From NCBI GenBank assembly GCA_963795405.1, contig CAWCHS010000004.1, positions 279,674 to 343,673 on the forward strand: a DNA stretch of 64,000 nt, written 5' to 3'. A model generated the notes under the pieces. The model saw nothing but the letters and a program-made list of their open reading frames with translations, did no database searches and was not told the origin of the DNA. Source of the DNA: Vulcanimicrobiota bacterium (GTDB taxonomy: Bacteria > Vulcanimicrobiota > Vulcanimicrobiia > Vulcanimicrobiales > Vulcanimicrobiaceae). Below are positions 46,965 to 55,677 of the stretch, one piece after another (positions within the stretch are counted from its first letter, which is position 1; the number at the start of each line of letters is the position of its first letter). The position numbers were made by a program, and so were the translations under genes.

Positions 46965-48479
46965 ATGATGAAAACGAGCGCCCGGGGTGCGCTCGCGGTC
47001 GCGGCGATGCTGCTCGCCGCGACCGCCGTCCCCGCCCATGCCGACGACGCGCGGGCGCTGCTCGCCAAGCACGCGGCGTACGTCGGCTGGCAAGCCGGCG
47101 ACGGCACCGTGACGAGCCTGCGCGAATCGGGCGCGGTCACGCTCGACGGAAAGGTTCGCGAAACGATCGAGTCCGTGCATCGCGGGTTCGTCTACCGCGA
47201 GCGCTACGGCGCCTTCCAGGAAGGTTTCACCGGCCGCGTGCTCTGGACGTCGAACGCGAACGGCTTCACCGTGCGCAGCGTCGGCGCGCCGGCGCAATAC
47301 ACGGCGACCTATCAGTCGCTCTTCGGCGAGGCGCTCGACGGCGCGCCCGCGACGGTTCTCCGCAGCGAGGAGCTGAGCGGGACGCCCGTGACCTGGGTGC
47401 ACCTGCAGCCGCAGGTCGGCGTCGCCGCCGACGTCGCGATCGATCCCGCCACCGGCGCGTTCAAGCGCGTCGTTCTCGATCCCGGCGGGAAATACGAGAC
47501 GACGATCGACGTGCTGAGCTACGCCGAGATCAGCGGCGGGAAGCGGGTGATCTCGTCCTGGCGGTACGGCGCCGGCCACTCGGTCTGGGCGTACACCGAG
47601 ATCAAGGCGAACGTTCCGGTCTCCGACGCAGAGCTGCACCCGCCGGCGCAGCGCGCGAAGTGGACGTTCGATCCCGCGAACACGCCGATCCCGGTCGAGC
47701 TGACCGAGCACCGCATCCTGATCGACGCGACCATCAACGGCGTGAAGGGGCGCTTCATCTTCGACACCGGCGCCGACGGCATCGCGCTGACCGATACCTT
47801 CGCGCGCCGCGCCGGGGCGAAGCGGCTCGGCCAAACCGAGATCGAAGGGATCGGCGGAGGCGCGCGCGCCAACGTCTACAAGGTCGACACCGTCGCCTTC
47901 GGCGGCAGCGTGCTGCACGACGTCGTCATCGACACCGGGCTCGACGAACGCGGGCCGATGTTCCAGGACACGGCCGGCCTGATCGGCTTCGATCTGCTCG
48001 GCGGCGCGATCGTCGACATGGACCTCGACGCGAAGACGATGCGCATCATGGACCCGCAGAAGTTCGAGCCCGACAAGAGCAAAGGGATCACCGTTCCGGT
48101 CGACCTGACCACCGGGCAGCCCCGTGTCCCGATGACGGTCGGCGGGCGGGTCGCCGTGCTCGCGACGCTCGACAGCGGCAACCCGGCCTGGGTGATGTTC
48201 AGCAAGTCGCTGCAGTCACGCGACCATGTCAGCTTCTTCGTCGACCCGACGGCGCTCGTGCAAGAGATCCAGTTCTACGGCGTCAACGGCAGCGAGATCG
48301 ACCGCTGCGGCAAGCTGCAAAGCTTGAACCTCGGCCCGATCTCCTACGCCCCGGTGCCGGCCTGCGCATCCGACTCGATGGCGCGCAGCGAAGTCCTCGT
48401 CGGCCTCGAGTTCATCCGCGCCTTCAACACCGTCTTCGACTATCCCGACGGCTACCTGGTGATGACGCCGCGCAAATAG
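46965..48479 (+). CDS. Secreted protein with two retropepsin-like aspartyl protease domains
   Basis: AGGAG SD; signal peptide; FIFDTG and ATLDSG; GLIGFDLL. Confidence 0.8.
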   Translation: MMKTSARGALAVAAMLLAATAVPAHADDARALLAKHAAYVGWQAGDGTVTSLRESGAVTLDGKVRETIESVHRGFVYRERYGAFQEGFTGRVLWTSNANGFTVRSVGAPAQYTATYQSLFGEALDGAPATVLRSEELSGTPVTWVHLQPQVGVAADVAIDPATGAFKRVVLDPGGKYETTIDVLSYAEISGGKRVISSWRYGAGHSVWAYTEIKANVPVSDAELHPPAQRAKWTFDPANTPIPVELTEHRILIDATINGVKGRFIFDTGADGIALTDTFARRAGAKRLGQTEIEGIGGGARANVYKVDTVAFGGSVLHDVVIDTGLDERGPMFQDTAGLIGFDLLGGAIVDMDLDAKTMRIMDPQKFEPDKSKGITVPVDLTTGQPRVPMTVGGRVAVLATLDSGNPAWVMFSKSLQSRDHVSFFVDPTALVQEIQFYGVNGSEIDRCGKLQSLNLGPISYAPVPACASDSMARSEVLVGLEFIRAFNTVFDYPDGYLVMTPRK

Positions 48480-48492
48480 CGCAGCGGCGTCG

Positions 48493-49839
48493 CTAGGGAC
48501 CGACGTCCCGAAGGATCTTCTTCGCGATGACCGCGGCCGGCGTCGTGCTGCCCTGCACGCCCAGGTTCGTCATGACGATCACGCCGACGCCGTCGGCCGT
48601 CCCGGGGTTGACCAAACCGATCCAGGCGGTGAAGCCTCCGGTCGCCCCGTCTTTCCAGGTGACCGTCTCGCCGTTGAACGCATCGGTCGCCCACGCGAGG
48701 TGCTGATCGTCGGTCCCGTTGTTACCGGTGCTCACCAGCGTGGTCATCTTCTCGGCCTGCTTCATCGCCGCGTTGATGTCCGCGTTGCTGCTCTGCAGCA
48801 GCGCGGCGTTGAGGTACGTCAGCATGTCGCCGCTCTTCGAGCGCAGCGTCCCGCCGCCGGGCCACGCGTTCACCGGCCAGTGATAGGTCGCGGTCGACGG
48901 CGCGCTGTAGCCGGTGGCGTAGTTCGAGCCGTAGTACGAGGTGCGCGAGACGTCGAGCGTCGAGGGCATGTCGAGCGGCACGAGCACCAGATGGTAGGTG
49001 AGCGTGAAGTAGTCGGTGTCCAGGAAGCCGGCCAGCCAGTCGCCGAGGATCCCGTATCCGATGTCCGAGTAGTCGTAGTACGAGCCGATCTTCTCGCTGC
49101 TGGGCGCGACGTACGTCTCGACGTAGTTGATGAGCCGCTGCGCCGGATAGCACGGTCGCAGGTAGGTCGGGAGCGTCGGCCCGCCCGTCGGGTACGGGTT
49201 CGGCGGCAGATCGGGGAGCGTCGAGGCGTGATCCGCAAGATCGCGCAGGTTCATCTCTTTGAACGTCGTGCTGTACCGCGAGGTGGGGACCGGCGTCGCG
49301 GCGGCGAGCGTCGGACACGCATTGCCGTTCGCGTCGGTCGTCGCCGGCGCGGGAACTTTGTACGCGGCGAGATGGCCGTCGTCGAGCGGCTCGGTCGGCG
49401 AGTACGTTCCCGCGTAGGTGCTGCTCGGGTCGATCGCCTTGTCCAGCGACGGGTACAGCAACGCCAGCTCGAGATCGAGCGCGGTGAACGTCTTCGTCAC
49501 CGACCCCAGTTCGAACGCCGTCGCCGAGCTGACGGCGACCTTCGTCGAACGATCCTGCACGCCGTAGAAGTACGTGTACGATTTCCCGTGATAGATGAAG
49601 TCGACCGCCGCGCCGGGGACACCGAGCGACTTCGACTCGTTCGTCGTGTCGGTCGCGATCTTGCCGGGGATCGGATCCGGCGTCGCGGTCGGCTTCGGCG
49701 TCGTCGTCGCCATCGTCCGCACCGCGCTCGTCGTGCGCTCGCCCGGCACCGGCGGCCCGACGGCGCCGTTCTGCGCGCATGCCGCGAAGAGCGCGGCGGC
49801 CGCCAATGCCGCGAGCATGCGAACGGAGCGAACGGTCAT
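48493..49839 (-). CDS. Serine hydrolase (beta-lactamase class C/PBP-like) lipoprotein
   Basis: Lipobox FAAC; FELGSVTK (SxxK), YSD, KDGATGGF. Confidence 0.82.
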   Translation of the reverse strand: MTVRSVRMLAALAAAALFAACAQNGAVGPPVPGERTTSAVRTMATTTPKPTATPDPIPGKIATDTTNESKSLGVPGAAVDFIYHGKSYTYFYGVQDRSTKVAVSSATAFELGSVTKTFTALDLELALLYPSLDKAIDPSSTYAGTYSPTEPLDDGHLAAYKVPAPATTDANGNACPTLAAATPVPTSRYSTTFKEMNLRDLADHASTLPDLPPNPYPTGGPTLPTYLRPCYPAQRLINYVETYVAPSSEKIGSYYDYSDIGYGILGDWLAGFLDTDYFTLTYHLVLVPLDMPSTLDVSRTSYYGSNYATGYSAPSTATYHWPVNAWPGGGTLRSKSGDMLTYLNAALLQSSNADINAAMKQAEKMTTLVSTGNNGTDDQHLAWATDAFNGETVTWKDGATGGFTAWIGLVNPGTADGVGVIVMTNLGVQGSTTPAAVIAKKILRDVGP

Positions 49840-49887
49840 GAACCACCTCGGTTGAGACGGGCGCAAGTCGGACCGATTTTCGCACCG

Positions 49888-49913
49888 AAAAGAAAAACCC
49901 CGCCGAAGCGGGG
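49888..49913 (-). terminator. Rho-independent terminator after the tRNA pair
   Basis: CCCCGC-TTCG-GCGGGG followed by TTTTTCTTTT on the minus strand. Confidence 0.85.
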
Positions 49914-49920
49914 GTGAAAC

Positions 49921-49994
49921 CGCGGTCGGAGGGACTCGAACCCCCAACCTACAAGTTCGTAGCCTGTTGCTCTATCCAATTGAGCTACGACCGC
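49921..49994 (-). tRNA. tRNA-Arg(ACG)
   Basis: GCGGTCG/CGACCGC acceptor, CT ACG AA loop; no CCA. Confidence 0.96.
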
Positions 49995-50071
49995 GTGCGC
50001 GCGCCGTTTGCGGCGGCGACCTCGTGGGATACGCCGCGTCGTACACGATCCCTTTTCGGATCGTCGGGCGC

Positions 50072-50162
50072 TGGCGGAGAGGGAGGGATTCGAACCCTCG
50101 ATACGATGTAACTCGTATAACGGTTTAGCAAACCGCCGCCTTCAGCCGCTCGGCCACCTCTC
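50072..50162 (-). tRNA. tRNA-Ser(GCT)
   Basis: TT GCT AA loop, long variable arm, encoded CCA. Confidence 0.96.
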
Positions 50163-50297
50163 CACGGTCGCGAACCGCCTTGTCCTACCAGGGCCGGTTG
50201 TCCTCTTGGTCAAGGCCCCGGACGAGCCCGGCGCGACGCGCTCGCCATTTTCTGCCGGCAGGGTCGCCGCAGAACCGCCTTCGCGTCGGCGCCGAGA

Positions 50298-51440
50298 TCA
50301 CACGAGCTGCGGTACGGCGGTCTCGGATACACCGGCGAGCGCGGCGATGCGGCCAGCGATGCGTTCGGCCGCGTCGGGGTGCGCCAGCGCGGCGCCGGCG
50401 CTGCGGAGGCGGGCGGCGACCGCGTCGCCGTGCAGCACCGTGCCGACGGCGCGGCACAGATCGCTCGGGCGCGCGACGCGCACGGCCGCGCCGCGCGCGA
50501 CCAGATAGCGCGCGTTGCGCTGTTCCTGCCCCGGCAGCGGTTTGAGCAACACGATCGGCACGCCGGCGGCGAGCGCCTCGGAGGTGCTCAGGCCGCCCGG
50601 CTTCGAGACCAGCACGTCGGCGGCGCGCATCCAGTCGTAGACGTTCTCCACGAAGCCCATGACGCGGACCTCGGCGCCGTCGCGGCGCGCGCCTTCCTCG
50701 ATCTTCCGCACGAGGCGGCGGTTCTTTCCGGCGATCACCACCGGGACGACCGCCGTGTCGTCACGCCCCAGCGCGCGCATCGTCGCGGCGACCGGCCCGA
50801 GCCCGAGGCCGCCGCCCATCACCAGCGCGACCTTCGCGCCGACCGGCAGTCCGAGGCGCGTGCGCAGCTCGGCGCGGTCGACCGGCTCGCCGAAGCGCGC
50901 GTTGACCGGAATGCCGTCGACCGCGATCCGCGCGGGCTCGACCCCGCGCGCGATCATCGCGGCGCGAATCTCGGGCGTCGCGACGGCGTACGCATCGACG
51001 TTGCGGTAGATCCAGAACGGGTGCACGGCGAAGTCGGTGACGATCCCCATCACCGGCAGCGTCGGATCGTACTGCCGCTTGTACGCCGACATCACCCCGC
51101 ACGGGAACGCGTGCGTGCAGACGACCGCGCTCGGCCGCAGCCGTTGGATCAGCACGTGGAGGTTGCGCGCGGTGAACTGATGCGCCCAGACGCGAAAGCC
51201 GCCGGCTTCGGTCGTGCGCTCGGCGCGCGCGTAGATGAAGCCGTACACCTGCGGGATCGTGCGCACCATCCCGATGTAGCCGTCGCTGACGACCTTCGAG
51301 AACAGCCGCGCCGCATACCGATAACTGTCGATCACCTCGCCGCGCATCCCGCGCAGCGCGAGCCGCTCGCACACCGCGTCGGCGGCGGAGCGATGCCCCT
51401 CGCCGACGCGGGCGGAGAGGAACAGGACCGGGCCGGTTAC
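50298..51440 (-). CDS. MGDG synthase/UgtP-like glycosyltransferase (GT28); probable non-canonical GTA start
   Basis: SARVGEGH, VCTHAFP, TDFAVH, MGGGLG, SKPGGLS, PGQE. Confidence 0.85.
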   Translation of the reverse strand, partial: VTGPVLFLSARVGEGHRSAADAVCERLALRGMRGEVIDSYRYAARLFSKVVSDGYIGMVRTIPQVYGFIYARAERTTEAGGFRVWAHQFTARNLHVLIQRLRPSAVVCTHAFPCGVMSAYKRQYDPTLPVMGIVTDFAVHPFWIYRNVDAYAVATPEIRAAMIARGVEPARIAVDGIPVNARFGEPVDRAELRTRLGLPVGAKVALVMGGGLGLGPVAATMRALGRDDTAVVPVVIAGKNRRLVRKIEEGARRDGAEVRVMGFVENVYDWMRAADVLVSKPGGLSTSEALAAGVPIVLLKPLPGQEQRNARYLVARGAAVRVARPSDLCRAVGTVLHGDAVAARLRSAGAALAHPDAAERIAGRIAALAGVSETAVPQLV

Positions 51441-51730
51441 GCTTGCTCCTCCGGCGGCGACGACTCTTCCGCGAGCACGAAGAAGTCGTCGAGGATCTCC
51501 TGCGCGAGCTCTTCGTCGTCGAGCAGCTCGCCGAACTGATCGGTGACGACGAACTCGTCATTCTGCTCGTTGTAGCAGACCGCGTACGAATGGCCCTCGT
51601 CGTCCTCGACCAGCCCGACCGCCTCGAAGCGCAGCGTGCTGCCGTCTTCCATGTGCAGCTCGAGCACGTCTTTGAGGTCGAGCGGCTGCTTCTGGGCGGC
51701 GTCTTCGGTGCCGTTGCTGATGCCGTTCAT
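51437..51730 (-). CDS. DUF1292 domain protein
   Basis: Acidic 97-aa protein next to mltG/ruvX; LELHMEDG...YAV. Confidence 0.7.
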   Translation of the reverse strand: MNGISNGTEDAAQKQPLDLKDVLELHMEDGSTLRFEAVGLVEDDEGHSYAVCYNEQNDEFVVTDQFGELLDDEELAQEILDDFFVLAEESSPPEEQA

Positions 51731-51770
51731 GTTCGCGTTGCCGCTGCCGTTCGTGTCGATGACGGGCTCC

Positions 51771-52802
51771 TTATTTCAGATACCGCGCGACGTTCGCATT
51801 GTGCTCTTCGAGCGTCTTGGCGAACGCGTGGCGGCCGTCGCCCTTCGCGACGTAGTAGAGGTAGTCGCTGCGTGCCGGATGGAACGCCGCGTCGAGCGAG
51901 GGTTTGCCGGGGTTCGCGATCGGCGTCGGCGGGAGCCCGGTGTGGAGATAGGTGTTGTAAGGCGAGTCGATCTGCAGGTCCCGCTTCGTGATCACGTCGT
52001 GATGTTCCGCGAAGACGTACTCGATCGAGGCGTCGACCTCGAGCGGCATCCCGAGCCGCAGCCGGTTGTCGATGACCGAGGCGATGAGCGGCCGCTCGTC
52101 GTCCACCTTGCCCTCCCGCTCGATCAGCGAAGCGACGGTGACGACCTGCGCGACGGTGAGGTGGAGGGCGCGCGCGCGCTGCACCGCGTCGGCCGGCAGC
52201 TCTTGGCGGAACTGCGCGACCAGAATCGAGGCGGTCTGCGCCGGCGTGTCGTCGACCGGGATCAGGTAAGTGCTCGGAAAGAGGTAGCCTTCGAGGTTCG
52301 GCGTGCGCGCACCGCCGAGCACGATCCCGCCGCGGTGCAGAAAGGCATCGAGGTAGGAGCGCTCCGGGCCGAGCTCACGGTCGGCGAACGTCTGGGCGAT
52401 CTGTCGTGCGGTGTAGCCTTCGGGGATGGTGATCCAGACGGCGAACTGCTCGCCGCGTACGAGCCGCCGCAGCACCTCGTCGCTCGACTGATGGGCGGGG
52501 AACCGGTACTCGCCGGCCTTCACCTCCGCGTCGACGTGGCGCAGCCGCGCCAGCAGGCGGAACGCGAAGGGGTCCGCGAGCACGTGCTTGTCCCTCAGCG
52601 CCGCGACGACATCGGAGAACGTCGCGCCGCGTGGAATCACGACGTCGGTGCGCACGGCCGGGAGGGAGCGGTCGGAGTACACCGCGTCGCGGAACCACAG
52701 CGAGGCCGCACCGACGATCACGCCGGCGCCGACGACGATCGCGACCGCCATGCCGACGAGCGCCCTTCCGGCGCGCGCTACCGAGGTCTGCGGGCCAGCC
52801 AC
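51771..52802 (-). CDS. mltG: Endolytic transglycosylase MltG
   Basis: TIPEG, LEGYLFP, ASLIERE, SPYNTY, GLPPTPIANPG. Confidence 0.93.
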   Translation of the reverse strand: MAGPQTSVARAGRALVGMAVAIVVGAGVIVGAASLWFRDAVYSDRSLPAVRTDVVIPRGATFSDVVAALRDKHVLADPFAFRLLARLRHVDAEVKAGEYRFPAHQSSDEVLRRLVRGEQFAVWITIPEGYTARQIAQTFADRELGPERSYLDAFLHRGGIVLGGARTPNLEGYLFPSTYLIPVDDTPAQTASILVAQFRQELPADAVQRARALHLTVAQVVTVASLIEREGKVDDERPLIASVIDNRLRLGMPLEVDASIEYVFAEHHDVITKRDLQIDSPYNTYLHTGLPPTPIANPGKPSLDAAFHPARSDYLYYVAKGDGRHAFAKTLEEHNANVARYLK

Positions 52803-53191
52803 GTTTCCAGAATCCCCACGGCGGCGAGCTGATCGACGACCTTCTTCCGCTTCGCGCGCGAGACGTCGGCGTCGATCAGGACGCGCTGGGCGGCGGCGGT
52901 GGTCATCCGCTCGTCGATCCGCTCGATCGTGCCGTCGAACGCGCGGGCAAGGTGCGCGACGAAGGCGTCGATCTGCTCCGAGGCCAGCGCGCGCTCCCCG
53001 CTCAGCGTCAGCGGGTCGCCCACGACGATCGTCCGCGCTCCGCGCTCGGCCGCCAGCGCGAGGATCCTCGCCACGTCGTCGCGCACGTTGGTGCGCTCGA
53101 GCGTCGCGTGCGGGAACGCGAAGGTGCCTTCGCCGACCGCTACGCCGATGCGCTTGCGTCCGACGTCGAGAGCGATCACCGCTGCCGTCAC
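52778..53191 (-). CDS. ruvX: RuvX/YqgF nuclease
   Basis: IALDVGRKRIGVA, VVGDP, DERMTT, VDQLAAVGILE. Confidence 0.92.
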   Translation of the reverse strand: MTAAVIALDVGRKRIGVAVGEGTFAFPHATLERTNVRDDVARILALAAERGARTIVVGDPLTLSGERALASEQIDAFVAHLARAFDGTIERIDERMTTAAAQRVLIDADVSRAKRKKVVDQLAAVGILETWLARRPR

Positions 53192-53925
53192 GACGACAAT
53201 TCGTGAACGAGGGCGCGAGACTTCGGCCGCCGGCCGAGATGCCACGTGACCAGGTCGTCCGCGGCGCGCGTCACGCGCAGCGTCGCGGCGAGCGCCGCGC
53301 CGGCACCCCGCTCGGCGCCGAGAGCGCGGAAGTTCGCGACGTCCTCGGCCATCAGCGCGTGCGCGTCGCCGCGGGCGCCGTAGCAGCGCTCGCAGCCGAG
53401 ACCGCCGGCTTCGAGGTCGAGCCACGCGCCGTGCCGGTCGAAGCCCTCACCGCAGCGCACGCACGCGTCGTCGGCCGGTGCGAGGCCCAGCGCATGCAAC
53501 AGGCGGAGCTGGAAACGCGGGACGAGCGCCGCGGGCTGCTCGGCGGATGCGACCGCGGCGATCGCGCCGCGCAGCAGCGCGTAGATCTCGGGGAGCGGAA
53601 GCTCGGGCTCGCAGAACAAGTCGATCGTCTCGGCGAACAGCGAGGCGGTGGCGAGCGCGTCGGGCCGCACCAAGCCTTCCCAGTACGAGCGCACCGTGCG
53701 CGCCTCGGTGACGATCTCGAGCGAGCGCCCTCGGTGCAGCGCCACGAACACCTCGGCGAGCGGCATGACGCGGCTCCCGACCGCGCTGCGCGGGCGGCGC
53801 GCACCTCTGCCGACGGCGTCGAGCTTGCCGCGCTCGCGCGTCAGCAGGGTGTAGACGCGGTCGGCCTCGCCGATCGGGCGCGCGCGCAGCACGATCGCCT
53901 CGGTGCTCGAGGTGCGCTCACTCAC
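53188..53925 (-). CDS. recO: DNA repair protein RecO
   Basis: TEAIVLR, GEADR, GKL, CVRC...CERC zinc motif. Confidence 0.9.
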   Translation of the reverse strand: MSERTSSTEAIVLRARPIGEADRVYTLLTRERGKLDAVGRGARRPRSAVGSRVMPLAEVFVALHRGRSLEIVTEARTVRSYWEGLVRPDALATASLFAETIDLFCEPELPLPEIYALLRGAIAAVASAEQPAALVPRFQLRLLHALGLAPADDACVRCGEGFDRHGAWLDLEAGGLGCERCYGARGDAHALMAEDVANFRALGAERGAGAALAATLRVTRAADDLVTWHLGRRPKSRALVHELSS

Positions 53926-55219
53926 GCGCCGTCGCCGTTTCGGCGTGTTCGTTCTGGTCGTCGGGCGAGGTGGTGAGCACGCGCACCGCCAGGATGCGGC
54001 GTCCCCGCGTGCGGTCGACGCGCAGCCGCACGCCCGCGATCGCGTCGATCTCCTCACCTTCGCGCGGAAGCCGGCCGAACAAGCCCACCACGTAGCCGCC
54101 GATCGTCTCGAACTCCTCGTGCGGGAGCACGATCCCCAGCGCGGCGTTGACGTCCTCGATGTTCGTGCCGGCTTCGACCACGGCTTCGGTGTCGCTGAGC
54201 CGCCGGATCGGCTCTTCTTCGCCCTCGTCGTGCTCGTCGCGGATCTCCCCGACGATCTCTTCGAGCAGATCTTCCATGGTGACCAGTCCGGCGGTTCCGC
54301 CGTATTCGTCGATCACGATCGCCAGCGAGTACTTCCCGCGCTGCATCTCGCGCAGCAGCTCGGAGATCCGCTTGTTCTCCGGGACCAGCGTGATCGGCCG
54401 CATCAGCGAGCGCAGGCTGGTCGAGGCGATCGTGCCGTTCGCGAGCGCGATCAGCAGCTCGCGGTCGTGCACGACGCCGATGACGTTGTCGACCGACTCG
54501 TCGTAAACGGGAAGCTTCGAGTAGCCTTCGGCGATCACCAGGTCGAGCGCGCGGCGCGGCGAGGAGGTGACGCTCACCGTCACCATGTCGGTGCGCGGCG
54601 ACATCACCTCGCGCACGATCGTGTCGCCGAACTCGATGATCGAATGGATCAGCTCGCGCTCTTCTTCCTCGAGGACGTTCTGCTCGACGCCGACGTTGAC
54701 CAGCGTCTTGATGTCGTCTTCGGTGACGTACGGGCCGACGTGCGGCTTCCCGCCGAACAGCCGGACCAGGCCGTCGCTCACCCACAGGAAGGCCGCGGTC
54801 AGCGGCGAGAGCGCGCGCGCGGTGAAGGCCAGGAACGGCGCGAGCCGCAGCGAGGCGCGGTCGCCGGCGTTGACGGCCAGCGTCTTCGGCAAGATCTCCC
54901 CGAACACCAGGATCACGATCGTCATCACCACGGTCGACCAGATCGCGGCGTTCGGGATGTCGAGATGGATGAAGAGCGCCGTCGCGACCGAGTCGGCGGC
55001 GAGCAGCACGAAGGTGCTGCCGATCAGCACCGAGGTCAGGGTGCGGTTGCGGTCTTCGACCAGCCGCTGCAGCCGGCGCGCTCCCTTGATCTGCTTTTCG
55101 CCGAGAGCGCGGGCGCGGATGCGGTTGATCGAGACGATCGCCGCCTCCGATGCCGCGAAGAACGCCGCCGCCCCGACCAGGACGACGAGAGCGATGAGCT
55201 CAGGAAGATGTTCGCTCAT
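53918..55219 (-). CDS. Hemolysin/CorC (CNNM-CBS) family protein
   Basis: FFAASEAA, FGEILPK, VREVMSPR, IDEYGGTAGLVTMEDLLEEIVGEI. Confidence 0.92.
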   Translation of the reverse strand: MSEHLPELIALVVLVGAAAFFAASEAAIVSINRIRARALGEKQIKGARRLQRLVEDRNRTLTSVLIGSTFVLLAADSVATALFIHLDIPNAAIWSTVVMTIVILVFGEILPKTLAVNAGDRASLRLAPFLAFTARALSPLTAAFLWVSDGLVRLFGGKPHVGPYVTEDDIKTLVNVGVEQNVLEEEERELIHSIIEFGDTIVREVMSPRTDMVTVSVTSSPRRALDLVIAEGYSKLPVYDESVDNVIGVVHDRELLIALANGTIASTSLRSLMRPITLVPENKRISELLREMQRGKYSLAIVIDEYGGTAGLVTMEDLLEEIVGEIRDEHDEGEEEPIRRLSDTEAVVEAGTNIEDVNAALGIVLPHEEFETIGGYVVGLFGRLPREGEEIDAIAGVRLRVDRTRGRRILAVRVLTTSPDDQNEHAETATARE

Positions 55220-55271
55220 CGCGGTGGCGGGCGTCTCCTGCCCGAGGCGGGGTCGGTATCCAAGCGGGGGT

Positions 55272-55280
55272 CATTATACC
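55272..55280 (-). promoter_or_regulatory. Extended -10 promoter upstream of the hemolysin-family gene
   Basis: Perfect TGGTATAAT (TGnTATAAT) about 50 nt upstream of the start, in a GC-rich genome. Confidence 0.65.
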
Positions 55281-55306
55281 ATACGGGGTGCCGGGCGGCC
55301 GGGCGC

Positions 55307-55666
55307 TCAATGCGCCGCCACGTCGAACGCGACGGCGATCCCGGCGGCGAGCGCCGCGAGTGAGGCGACCAGCACGCCCGCCGCCGCGGCGTCCTTCGCC
55401 AGCTTCGCCAGCGGATGCTCGCCCGGCGAAGCGAGGTCGACGGCCGCTTCGACCGCGGTGTTCAGCAGCTCGGCCGCGAGGACGAGCCCGATCGCCAGCG
55501 CGACGACGGCCCAGGCGAGCGGCCGCAGCCGGACGAGGATCCCGAGCGCGACGGCGAGCGCCGCGGCGATCCCGTGCAGACGCAGGTTCGGCTGCGCCCG
55601 CCAAGCCGCGGCGAGCCCGGCGAACGCGTAGCCGAACGCAGCGGCCAGACCGTCGCGGCGCTCCAC
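55307..55666 (-). CDS. dgkA: Diacylglycerol/undecaprenol kinase family
   Basis: AFGYAFAG, NLRLH, AELLNTAVEAAVD, AKLAKDAAAAGV. Confidence 0.9.
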   Translation of the reverse strand: MERRDGLAAAFGYAFAGLAAAWRAQPNLRLHGIAAALAVALGILVRLRPLAWAVVALAIGLVLAAELLNTAVEAAVDLASPGEHPLAKLAKDAAAAGVLVASLAALAAGIAVAFDVAAH

Positions 55667-55677
55667 GCGACGACCGC

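Noticed and set aside
45181-49920. Genomic island integrated at a tRNA
   Set aside because: No integrase and no duplicated tRNA 3' end (att) seen; composition resembles the host
44002-50162. Shared sequence between the two Arg tRNAs and between the two Ser tRNAs as att repeats
   Set aside because: Ordinary isoacceptor similarity between complete tRNAs
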